A DNA stretch of 64,000 nucleotides from Asterias rubens (Eukaryota): positions 6,696,001-6,760,000 of the forward strand of contig NC_047077.1 in NCBI RefSeq assembly GCF_902459465.1. Direction: 5' to 3'. This document shows, piece after piece, positions 1 through 12,300 of this stretch. The translations under genes were made by a program, and so were the position numbers. Under the pieces are notes generated by a model that ran no database searches, was not told the origin of the DNA, and saw nothing but the letters and a program-made list of their open reading frames with translations. Each line of letters starts with the position of its first letter. The stretch's first letter is position 1.

Positions 1-146
1 CAGGTCAAAGGTTAGAGACTCAAGTTGATGAGTTTTTGTTGCACCTGTTTTGTATATCTTTATTGAAATACATGTCCGTTAATTCAAGCACTATTGGTCT
101 TTTTTCCCCGCAAAATAACATATAAATGAAATGACATGAAGCTAAC

Positions 147-389
147 CTGTAACAGTAATAGTGAATGTACACTCTCCAACATTACCAGCAGCATCTGTGG
201 CCCTATACACAACAACAGTAGGACCGATCGGGAAATCAAACGGTGAATCGTGGGAATTAAAATGTGTCACAACGCCACGATCATCTGATGATTCCGGAAC
301 AGTCCAAGTGTAGAACGCTGTCCCAACTCCACTGTCTGTATTTATTGTTGTACTTGATGGGCAGTTCCCCCATGTCGGTATTGAGTTAT
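147..389 (-). CDS. HYR exon (repeat 8)
   Basis: gtaccag|ATAAC...ACAG|gttagc; 243 bp; DNSIPTWGNCPSS...ATDAAGNVGECTFTITVT. An alternative in-frame acceptor at 401 is possible. Confidence 0.88.
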
Positions 390-3300
390 CTGGTACATAA
401 GCTGTCATCAAAACAAACAAAGTTATCATTTAGATATTTAGAGGTACCGGACACTATTGGTGCATGTAATTACTCAAACTAATTGTTAGAACAAAAATTA
501 CTTGGTAAGCAATGGAGAGCTGTTGATACGGTATAAAACATTGTGAGAAACAGCTCCCTCTGAAGTAGCGTAGTTTTTCGAGAAAGAAGTATTTTTCCAC
601 TAAAATATTTGAATTTGATTTCGAGACCTTGGATTTTGAGGTCCCAAAAAAAACACACACAACTTCCTGTGACAAGGGTGTTTTTTCTTCCATTATATCT
701 CTCAACTTGGACGACTAATTGAGTTCAAATTTTCACAGATTTGTTATTTTGTGCATATGTTGAGATACAAAAGTGAGAAGACTGCTCTTTGACAATTACG
801 AAAGGTGTCCTGTGCCTTTTTTTATTTTAAGAGAGAATCACACAGCTGTAAAAGGTTGAGCGGCTTAGTGAACCAGACTGGAGGTCTGGTTGCCGAGTCA
901 TCAGTGTGTGAGTCATGGCACTTGAGCAAGATACTTTACTTTTATTGCTACTCTTCACCTAGGGGTAAATGGGCACCTGTGGGGGCAGAGATGGTTCTTG
1001 TGATTGATTTATCTTGATGCCCGACATACTTGGCAGCACAGGGGTGGATTTCACATAGAGTTAAGACTCGTCTTATCTCGAGTTAGGATGAGTTACTCGT
1101 CCTAACTATAAACTAGCCTTAAGTTTTTCATATCTCCTAAGACTAGTCCTAAATTAGGACTAGTCCTAACTCTTTGTGAAATCGACCCCTGGCTGTCTAC
1201 TCCCCAGAAGCTGAGATGGTTTAGGGATTGAAATATGGTCCACCAGGGGTGATACTTTTTTAAGCTAATATAAATGTTATGTTAAGTTTGTCTGTCTGAA
1301 ACCAAAATTTATTTGGGAACGCCTCGAGTTGCTCCTATTCTATTTGGTTCGGCGTGACACTGGCGCGGCAAGGCCTCTATGCTTCAATTTTGAAAGGGCA
1401 AGGGCACCAAGGAATTTTTACCTTGGTAAGGGCACCCAATGAGGAAATTGTAAATTTCTACTAGAGCATTTCAAGGCTGCTCTGTGAAGTATCAGGCCTG
1501 GATAACAAACAAAAAACAATCAAGTTCTATTGACCCATTTCACCTGACGTCATCATCAGAAAAATCTTGAATGCGCCATACTGGTGGGCAATTTCACTGT
1601 GCGTTTTCATATAATAACTCTATGCCGTGCGTTATGCAGTGAAGTGTGCATTTTAGGTGACGCGGCGTTAATACATGTAAACCTAACTGCTCTCCAACAT
1701 GGTGAGCGTGGCGTGAGTCGCCGCATGTGACGGGCGTGCAAGGGGTCAATACTCACGATTTATTCGGATAGAGAATGTGCAGGTATCTTCATTCCCAGAG
1801 GGATCAGTCGCCGTTACTATTACTGTGTAATCCCCAGCAGTGTATGATCCTTGGGGCTGATCACTAGTAATTATAGGTGTAGCTCCAGAATTATCTGTCC
1901 CAGTAGGATTTGTCCATGTGACTTCTGCTGAGGTCTGTGATTGGGCAAGGTTGAGGGTAATGGCTGTTGGGCATGGGCCGATAACAGGGTTTTGCCGATC
2001 TGTTGGCAGGAGAAAATAGAGCGATATAACAAATGTAAGATCATGAAAATGTTGTAGCTTCAGTAAGCCATTGTGAGATATGATGGTCTTAATACTATAA
2101 CACTGAAGGTCAATCTGATTCACTCAAACCACATAGTACACTCCTATAGACTGTGGAAGTCTGGCATGTATTCCAACTTTACGGACCATTATGGTCCCAA
2201 CTTTATGGAGCTTTACAGTGGGGAGATTTTGTTTCATCCATTATTTTAGTTTGAAGTAGTTTACGACCATGAAAAGAACATTGGAAATGTATTACTAACT
2301 AACACATATAAATGTAATATAAATCAATTCGACAATACAACAGCTTCCGGTTCCGGTTGTGAATCAGGTGACTTTAGGGCTGGCCCGAGGTGCACTGATG
2401 CACCCTAAAAAGGGTGAGGGATTTTTTTCCAGGAAGAACAAGGGTAATTGTCTGCAGATAGTCGTCCAGGAGAAAAATATATGCAACTTTTCTAGGACGA
2501 ACATGGGGTAATTATCTGCCCATATTCGTCCTGGGAAAAAAAATACACCACAAAGCTGAGCACAACAGGATCCTCCCGGGAAGGCTAATCGAACGCACCC
2601 ACTGTAATCCACAATATACTTAAGCTGACAAACCTGCAGACGTTTGAGATCAATCAGCCATCTGGGTCACGAGGACATAGCAACAAACAGATTAGACATT
2701 TTGCATGACACCGATTAAAACAAAGTTGAATAATCACCGTGCGATAAACTCCAAACAGGAAATTAGTTTTTATTTATTTCTAATGAACAGATGAAATATA
2801 CATGTAACATTTCAGACAGAAGTCTTGCAAGGGATGTTTTTTTCTTTCATCATCATCATCGTTAGACCGTGTAAGTTTTATGTAAATCTGTGATCTCACC
2901 ATTTTGTTCTTCTGAAATGTTCCTTTAACATGAATGATTTGCATTGTTCTATTGCAGATTTAAAAAAAACTCACCTCTCACTGTGACTGTAAACGTGCAA
3001 GTGGCAACATTCGTGGCTTCATCAGTGGCTGTATACTCCACAATATAGACGCCAACGTCTAGATCCTGCCCAGGTTCATGTGATTTGGTAAGCCTCAATA
3101 AGTTAACATCTAGATCATCAGTAGCGAACGGCTCTACCCAAGTGACGTTAGCATAGTTAACCCCTTGCTCTGCATCAACCACCATATTAGCGGGACATCC
3201 AGTGTACGATGGCCTCTCATCAACTGCAAAAGAAATCAGTTATTAAATGAGGAGCTGTCTAAGTTAAAGGATTTGGGTACTTTTTCAAAATGTCCATAGA

Positions 3301-6300
3301 TTTACATTAAACTTACACAGTTTGAAGATAATTACTGGGGTGCTGTAGTTTTTGAGAAATGAGACGAATATTATTTTCATGACACTGTTTTACTCATTTC
3401 CCAAAAACTACAGCACCTCAGCACGTAGTATTTTCAGGGAAGCTTTCTACTATCATTATCTTCAAACTGTGTAAGTTTAGTGTAAACCCTTTAAGAGATT
3501 ACTTTGCCTAATTTAATAGACCTGTTTATAAATCTGGCATTCTCGGTGGACTATTTGGTATGACACTGCTCTAGAATTGCAAAGATCCTGATTCTGAGTC
3601 CCAGCAAAGAAATATATGCCTGTGATTTGTTTACAAAACTTGGGAAAGTAAGGAGTTTACAGTGCTAACACACATCGTTGTGTTTCGGTAAAACCAAAAC
3701 GAATATTCTTTGTCCCTATGTAAGTTTAACATCTAGAAAGACAATATTTTCCTGCTCAGCAGAAAAGAGCAGAATACCGGACACAAATTGTACATAAGAC
3801 ATGGTAATTTGGCTGGTAACCTTGTTCTGATATACGCACTATTTTGTTGTGCTAAGCAGCTTTTTGTGATTATAAGTAGATTTTTTAACTTGAACCCATG
3901 CATTATCACCACACTCAATCTTGGTTCATCACTTTAGGCATGTTGGGTGTTATTTGGGAGTCCCCTGTGAGTAAACTAGGTGGTGCGCATTTGAGGAAAT
4001 GCGTGCATTTAGCGCATTAAACCATTACCCAATTTCATATGACCTGCTTAAGCAACAAATATCGCTGGAGAATTTTCTGCTGAGCAAAAACATCATTTTG
4101 GCTGATGCCAAGCTTATTCTGATGAGCAAATACCTTCATTTTCTTTATATTTACAGGTATTATACTGGATTGGTCGAGACAAAAACTAGTCTAGTCACAG
4201 AAAATATTCATGATTTGTGTGATCCAATATGGAACTAACAACCGTAAAAAGTTTGACTTAATCTGCTGTGCGAGTCAAGAGAAAATAGTGAAAGAAATGA
4301 AACATATCACTACTCACTGTAGAAGATGTATGTAATATATTTTACCTGTAAAAGTTTTAGCTTCATTGGTCAAGTTTTTGAGGGGAAAAAAGATGAAAAA
4401 CACAAGCAATTTTTTCAGGAGAGTCATGAAAATCCGTTGTACATGATAAAAATAATTTTTGTCTCACTGAGAAGAAAAATATTTTTGTGAAATTGTTTTC
4501 CTCATTTCTCAGAAACTACAGCACCTAGGCAAGTAATATTTTAATGGAAGTTTTCTTACATTATCTCTATACCATGTCAAATTAACAGAAATCTGTAGAA
4601 ATTTTAGTTTTTTGTTGTTTTAGGATTATAGGAGAACACTGACTTGTACTGACCCACAACATCCACTGTGAAATCACACTGATTTACATTGCCAAATCTA
4701 TCGGTTGCGGTGTACGACACGGTCATAGGCGTGCCTGCTGCAGTGAGATCTGCCCCATTGACAATACTGGTTGTCATTACAGGGGTAACTGGCCCAGAGT
4801 TATCGGTGGCAGTAGGTTCAACCCACGTCACAAACCCTGTAGTCTCGTCTGCTCGCACCCTAACTACCAAGGGTTGTGGACAGTCCACAACTGGGAGGAG
4901 ATCATCAACTGGGGGAAGGAAATATTAAAGATTATAAATATTTGTCTTCTCTGTGTATCAGGAGAATACAAACAAGCAAAGGCATAGAAATGATAGACAC
5001 AAGAAAAGATGCAAAGTTGATAATATTTTCACAAGTTGAAAGATGGAATGTTCACCATTCACTAAGGCAAACAAAATATCATTGCCATTTTAAGAATGCA
5101 AAGGATTTGTTATCCCTTTTATAAAACACACAGGTAGTTCTTTGTCAATTGAGGATAAACTGTTCACTAAAACTGTTCACTACTACGAGTGAAATGTACC
5201 ATTCATCAGGTAAGAATTTGTGCTTTTCGGTATGTTCACCTCCCATACTGGGCAAATTTCTAAATTCGTCAACGTTTCAGAATCTCATCACTGCATTGTA
5301 ATCTTGCCTCTAATTTTGATCTTTGCACCCCAGCGTTTCTTGAGAATTTGACTTTAGGGCACCTTAGTTTGACCTTTGGGCCCCTGAGTTTGAGCAAACT
5401 GAGTATAGTTGCAGCCAAATTGTCTGTAAAAGTTGCCTAGTGCGACAAAGCCATAGACTCACCTTGCACAGTAATCCGAAAGGTACAAGTTGCCATATTA
5501 CCAGCGTCATCAGTTCCCGTATAGAGGACATCATACGTTCCAATATTATAGAAATCTCCGTTTGTGTGTGTACCAACGAGATTGAGATTCGTCAAGGTGT
5601 TATCGGTGATGGTCACCCTATCCCACGTCACGATGGCACCCGTCTCTGTATTCGCCACATAGGTGTTAATGTTGGCCGGACAGTTAAGAATACTTGGGTT
5701 CTCATCGTCTGGTGTTTCTGTTCAAAGAAAGGAAAAGGCTAGGAAATGAATTTCCTGTGGAAAAATGTAGTATAACCCTGTGTCACAGAGCAAAATAATT
5801 GTTTATACTTCTAGCGCCAACGCCAGAGCTGCTTTAAGCAGAAATACTGCATTGGCCACAAATGTTTGAATGTTGGCCGGACAGTTTAACATATTTGGGT
5901 TCTCATCGTCTGGTGTTTCTGTTCAAAGAAAACTAAAAGCCTCGGAAATAAATTTTCATGTGGAAAAAATGTAGTATAACCTTGTGTCACAGAGCAAAAT
6001 AATTGTTTATACTTCTAGGGCCAACGCAAGAGCTGCTTAAGCAGAAATACCGCATTTGCCACATACGTGTTAATGTTGGCTGGACAGTTAAGAATACTTG
6101 GGTTCTCATCGACTGGTGTTTCTGTTCAAAGAAAACCAAAAGGCTCAGAAATAAATTTCATGTGGTGTCACAGAGCAAACTAATTTTTTAAATACTTCTA
6201 GGGTCAACGCCAGAGCTGCTTGAGCAGAAATACTGCTTAGCAGCTTGACGTAAAACTGTTAACTGCACATACAAACCCAGTTATACTGCAGAGAAGGTTT

Positions 6301-9300
6301 TTTTACCCCGTGTTTCTGGCAGTGGCTGCTGAATGTGCCGTAGCACCTTGTGAACACAGATGTTAAAGCTCATTACACCAAATAAATGGGTCTGATAATT
6401 CATAAACTTTCGTCGGGAGTCATGGCCTAGCAGTTAAGAGCACTGGATTCAAACTCTAGTGTTTCTACATAATCAGGAGAGTGTGGGTTTGAGTAGCAGT
6501 CATGACACCTGTGTCCTAAAAGGCAGTGGACACTATTTGTAATTACTCAAAATAATTATTAGCATAAAACCTTTCTTGGTAATGAGTAATGGGGAGAGGT
6601 TGCTAGTATAAAATGTTGTGAGAAACGGCTCCCTCTGAAGGAATGTAGTTTTCGAGAAAGAAGTAATTTTCCGGGAATTTGATTTCGAGACCACACGTTT
6701 CGAATTTGAGGTCTCAAAATCAAGCATCTGAAAGCACACAACTTTGTGTGATAAGGGTTTTTTTTTCCTTTAATTATTATCTCGCAACTTCGACGACCGA
6801 TTGAGCTCAAATTTTCACAGGTTTGTTATTTTAAGCATATATTGAGATAGACCAACTGTGAAGAGTAGTCTTTGACAACTACCAATCGTGTCCACTGTCT
6901 TTAAGCAAGACACTTAACCATGACACTTTGCCCTTCGGATTGGACGTGAAGCTGTTTATCCCGCGTGTTGTGTAACACTTGTAAAAGAACCCAGTGCACT
7001 TATCAAAAAGAGAAGGGGTTCCCCCTGGTGTTCCTGGTTTGATTGTCAGCATATTGAGCCACAGCACCTTATAAATTATTACATGGTGCTATGTCAAAGG
7101 AGAAGGTCTCATAATTCAAACACTGTCCCAAATACCTTGCAGGAAAATACTGTATAAGCGCCTTGAGCATCACTGAGTGACGGATATGCATGCAATATAA
7201 GAAGCCACTATTATTATTATTAGCTCTAAAACCTGTCTGAAAACAAACTATAAGAAGCGCTCTGAGATGCTCATAGATAAAGCACAGTATAGAAACTTAA
7301 TTCTTATTGGGATTCGGAAATAGGTGTAGAGAGCCAACCTCAAGGTTGGCATAAAGTGAAGGACTCACCAGTAACAACCACATCAAATGAGCACATTCTG
7401 GCTTTAGTGCTCTCGAAATATGCAACGCATGTGATCGTGTTTATTCCAACGAAGAACTTATCTCCTTTAGTTCTACCACAGGTTAACGTGACACTGCCGA
7501 TGTTTGTGGGATAGACTGGGTCGTCCCATGTGACTGGCGTTGAGTCTACACCAATAGGTAAGACAACTTCAATATCGGCTGGGCATGTGATGGTCTCAAG
7601 AGTTGTAGCTGCTGGCTCTGTGAGGCATACATAAAACAAGGACAGATTACTTTTTAAGTTGGATTTGAAACTTTGCATGGTGGAAATACGATATGGAAAG
7701 GTTTGCGGTAACACCATGTAATTACTATCTCTAAATGAGTTGTAAACCAATGGTTCTTTTCAGAAATCAGAACCACCCCAACTCATTTAGACCGGAGCCT
7801 GGCAACTGGATTGGGTTTTTAGTCCCTACTTGACTGCATGGGTTTCTTTCTGTTCTTGCTTTCCTCTGACATCTAATATTGAAAAATCCCCCATTGTCCT
7901 GACACTTTGAAAGCTTCTTTGGTTTTATATAACTAGCAAAAAGATGCTTGACAAAATGACATAAAATCAAACAAAGGACCGTCATGTCATGTGAGCAGAA
8001 ATCTGGGAATGCCTAAATGGCTTTGTCACATTAAATGATAACTCTACCTACCATTCACAAACACATCAAATGTACAGAACGAGTCTTTGACGGCGTCATT
8101 CATGAATGTGTACTTGACAGTGGTGCGACCAACATCAAACAGGTCTCCAGAGTTCTTCGTTGAACTGACTTGAGTCGCTGAGCTAACAGGACTTGTCCAA
8201 GAAACAACAGCTTGATTCTGGCCAGAGACCGGAGTCTCGGTCATGTCACCAGGACAGGAAGTGATTGTAGGTGAACCATTATCTAGAATTAAGAACAAGT
8301 GAATATATTTATAGGTTAATAACAGACTAATAGGTGATATAGTTGCATCGGGGATAAAGACTCTTCATTTTAGTTTTACCTGTATTGACTCATTTCACCG
8401 GACGTCATCATCAGAAAAATCTTGAATGCGCCATACTGGTGGGCAATTTCACTGTGTGTTTTCATATATATAACTCTATGCCATGTGTTATGCAGTGAAG
8501 TGTGAATTTTAGGCGACTCGGCGTTAATACACGTACCCCTAACTGCCCACCAACATGGTGAGCGTGGCATCACAACAGTGTGTTAGCATTGTATACTAGG
8601 TTCTTTCCCGAGTTCTGTGACAAAAAGGCACATTACTCGGGCGGAATTTGAACCCACGACATTTGCAATTCTAGAGCAGTGTCATACCAACTAGACAACC
8701 GAGATTGCCCGATAGCTAGAGGCAGTTACAAACCACAATAACTATACAGGCATGATTGCTTTTTGTTTTTGAAAGGGGGCACCAAGGCATTTTCTCCTTG
8801 ATAAAGGGCACTCTATAAGGATATTGTAAATTTCTACTGGAGCATTCCCAGGGCATCATGGTATTAGCCTTTTTGAGATATGATGTATACTTTAGGAGTG
8901 CACTGTTTGGTTTGGTTGGGTGCATACATACAAATTTACCCAAACCTGAAGGTGCCATTGTATTGTGTTTAACATTGTACCACAAAATGGCTTATTACAA
9001 GGGGGCATGGAGGCAATCGCCTTCGTTGCCTCTGTGAAGTATTAGGCCTGATAGTAATAATAATACTACAACAGTAATACCAAAGTTTTAAAAAGAGCAC
9101 AAGTCCACAACAGGAGCTCATAAGGCGCTGTAAAAAGGAAAGAGACAAACAAAAGGAGAAGAGTCCAAAAGATAATTATATGCAGTAGATATGCACACTT
9201 TTGATGCAATGACTATAACAAGGTGAAAAAGTCTGAAACTTGGATACAAATTCAAAGGCATGTAGAAATGTTGGCGTTTCTACTGTTTGGTAACCCTCAG

Positions 9301-12300
9301 GGTTATAGATTCCAAGGAGCTTTTGGAAACAGTATCCAAAGCACCAGAAAATTAGACAAATGAGCAGGATTTCTTTATTATTTTGTGGACATAAAAAGAC
9401 TGAATTCAGCCAAAAGACTTAACAATCTCACCCCTGCTTTAATCAACAGGAGAGCCTGGCTAACAACACAGTTCATTAAAAGCTAAAAATGAAGATTTGT
9501 TACATTACCTATAACTATGACATCAAAAGCACACATTATCGTATCGACGTCATCGGTTGCTGTATAAGTCACAGTTGTAGTCTCGTAGTAGTATCGTCCT
9601 GGTAGATTATCACGTGTTAGTGTGAACCCATTGGCTTGGTCTGTTGTCACCGTTGGCGACGTCCAGTACACCAGATCAGAGCGTGTTGTCGTAACATCTA
9701 CGTCCGTACAATTTTGAACTAATGTAAGAACATAGTACTTTTTTATTAATAAAGGTAGTGGATATTTTGCTGGTACTAGCTAGTTAGTTAGTAAATGTTA
9801 TGAAGTCAGTGTGGTGTCCCGTGAATTCTGTCTGGGGAAATGATCATGGGCTGGAGATGGATGATTCAAAAGAGGGCATGTTCAGAAAAAGTTTGTACAT
9901 AGTTCGCCATATGGGGGACCGAATCCCCGAGGGGAACAGAATCTCCTGCCACACCGGAACAGCACTGTTGTTGGGACTTTGACATTATTGTTACCGTGAC
10001 CACGGATTGCCATTGCGATTTTAAAATAAAAATGTCGGGTCAGGCAATTGTTTAATTTAATCACTATTTATCTGCATTTAATATTATCATTTATATAGAT
10101 AATTTTGTTTTATTTTAAGCAGTTTTACAGTTGGTTATTTTTGTTTTTTGTTGTTGGTGTAAATGTGGTCGAAATAGGCTTGAATAACAGCTTACTCATA
10201 AATAAAATAGACATTATATTTTTTGGTAGTAGAATATAGGGCCGAGGGCCTATATTATATTATATAAAACAAAATGTGGGCACAAGCATGACAAGTTAGA
10301 AACAAACATTTACGTCTATGACACGGAATGATGAGATATAACATTAATTGCATTCGTCTCATATTCATAATGTAAACCAACAAACACACAGTCACACTCA
10401 CAGTGTAGTATATCGTAGGAGGTCCTGTTTTCGAGGTGTCCCTAAAATCGTGGCAAATCTTTTACCTCTCTGTGCGCGATGTAAACAGTCCCTAGATAAA
10501 AATTGTGTGGTTTTATTTGCCAAGTAAAGAGTCTCCTCTCCCTTGACCAAAACTTAGAAACACGTAAGGCTCCACTGGATATTTGCACTTGTAAATGCAA
10601 AAAGTTTGGTATTTTAGGCATTTCTACTAGGTACAAAAATAATGTTGAGGCCATATAAAAATATTTGCCCACCGAAAAAGTTTCATCAAACACCATTTCA
10701 ATTCACAAATCATGATGATCAAACCATGTGACTGAATATTTTGCTGAGCATTCTGGAAAAAAAATACAGAGGCTTAAAGAAGCCATGTGCCTTATATCAT
10801 TTTCTAATATTTTTTGAGATTTTTTTTTTTAACCCTCCGATCAATATTATTATTTATATTAAAATTTAAACGATCAGCTTGTTGATTCAGTTATCACTGT
10901 TTATTTATACGCTTTATTCTAAATTTTAAGAGAAAAAAAAGGGGGAAAAAATAAATAAAAATCAGATTTGAAAGCCAATGATTATTCACACTTTTTTTTT
11001 TAATTTTTTTATTTTTGTTATTTTTTGCAAATTACCATGGTAATTTTAAAATTTCATTAAAAAATATTTTGAATAAAACGAAGGCAACTGCTGGCTATAG
11101 AGTAATACACAGAGTCTCAAAGAACACTTGTAGTCACTGTAGATGTTTCTTCCATGTATGGCTTCACCGGGAAACTATGCTTTCTTGTTTGCCGTGAAAA
11201 CAGGAAAAACTCAAAACAAATGGGGCCAGTTGAAGTCATCGATGATCGGTGTGTAGTGTGAACATTTCAATGTCCATCAAGTTTTAATATATGTTTGCAT
11301 ACTTCATATTAACAAAAGAAGGTAATTAGGGCATCGGTTGATATAAGGCATCATTATTTTTTTCCCAATTCTAACAAAAAGGCATAATAGTGTGAAAACT
11401 GGTATTGGTAATGGGAGGATACATTGCATTTCCACCCAACACTCGGCAGTCAAAACTAGTATAAATTTAACAATAAAATAAATACAGCCAGCCTCATGAT
11501 GCAACACGCGACGTGGTTTTAGCAGGCTTGAGGGAACTCTACAGTTACTCTACCATTATTACTTTAACTCACCCAGTCAATAAGCTCGATCTTATTGTAT
11601 TTTTAGTGTGTGGAACTTCAGATCGAGCCACAACTTTTCCTAAGTTCCTGCCAAACTCTGTTGTTGTTTACAATCATAAAAAGTCACCAAGAATCTGCTT
11701 TGATTTGGCGCCCTCAATAGTTCAGATTTACTTATGTGAATCGGCTGACAAACTTTTGCAACTTGTGTTCCTTATTGGAGTCATCATTAAGTATCGCATC
11801 AAGATCGAGAGTAACCTCACAATATTAGCCGGCCCCATTGGCTTCCGTAATATCTTGTAGAGAAAGTGTTTCAAAAAAAAAAAAATTAGAAGAAAAAACA
11901 TACGAGCAAAATAAAATCACTTACCCCCCCCCCTCCCGAGCTTCCTCGAAGAGTGAGATAGAAACATATTTTTTTAGATACAAAATAAATTATGCGTGGT
12001 ATCCGTACAGTGACTCCTTTTAATGTTTTTTTTTTTTTCTTCTTCTTCTTCTTTTCACTAAATTATAAATATTTCTATGGACGATGATTATACAGACTAC
12101 AAAAACTAGTAATAGGCCTAACCGTTTCTGAAATAACCGCGTGATTTTCGAATACCAACCGTTGAACCAAGACTGACCCACCAGCCGAATTGAGCTAGTC
12201 ACTCAGGAAATCAACAACTGCTATTCTGCATGAACTGAATTGGCGCCTACGTGGTATCTTTTGGGCTGTTTTCACGGGCCATTAAACACAAGCAATTTGG

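Noticed and set aside
5267-5295. Second hammerhead-like string on minus (GUGAUGA..GAAACGUU)
   Set aside because: C3 is replaced, helix II is almost absent and there is no helix I pairing.
10399-10440. RSS heptamer CACAGTG suggesting a Transib/RAG-like transposon end
   Set aside because: There is no nonamer at 12 or 23 bp and no matching inverted end in the window.
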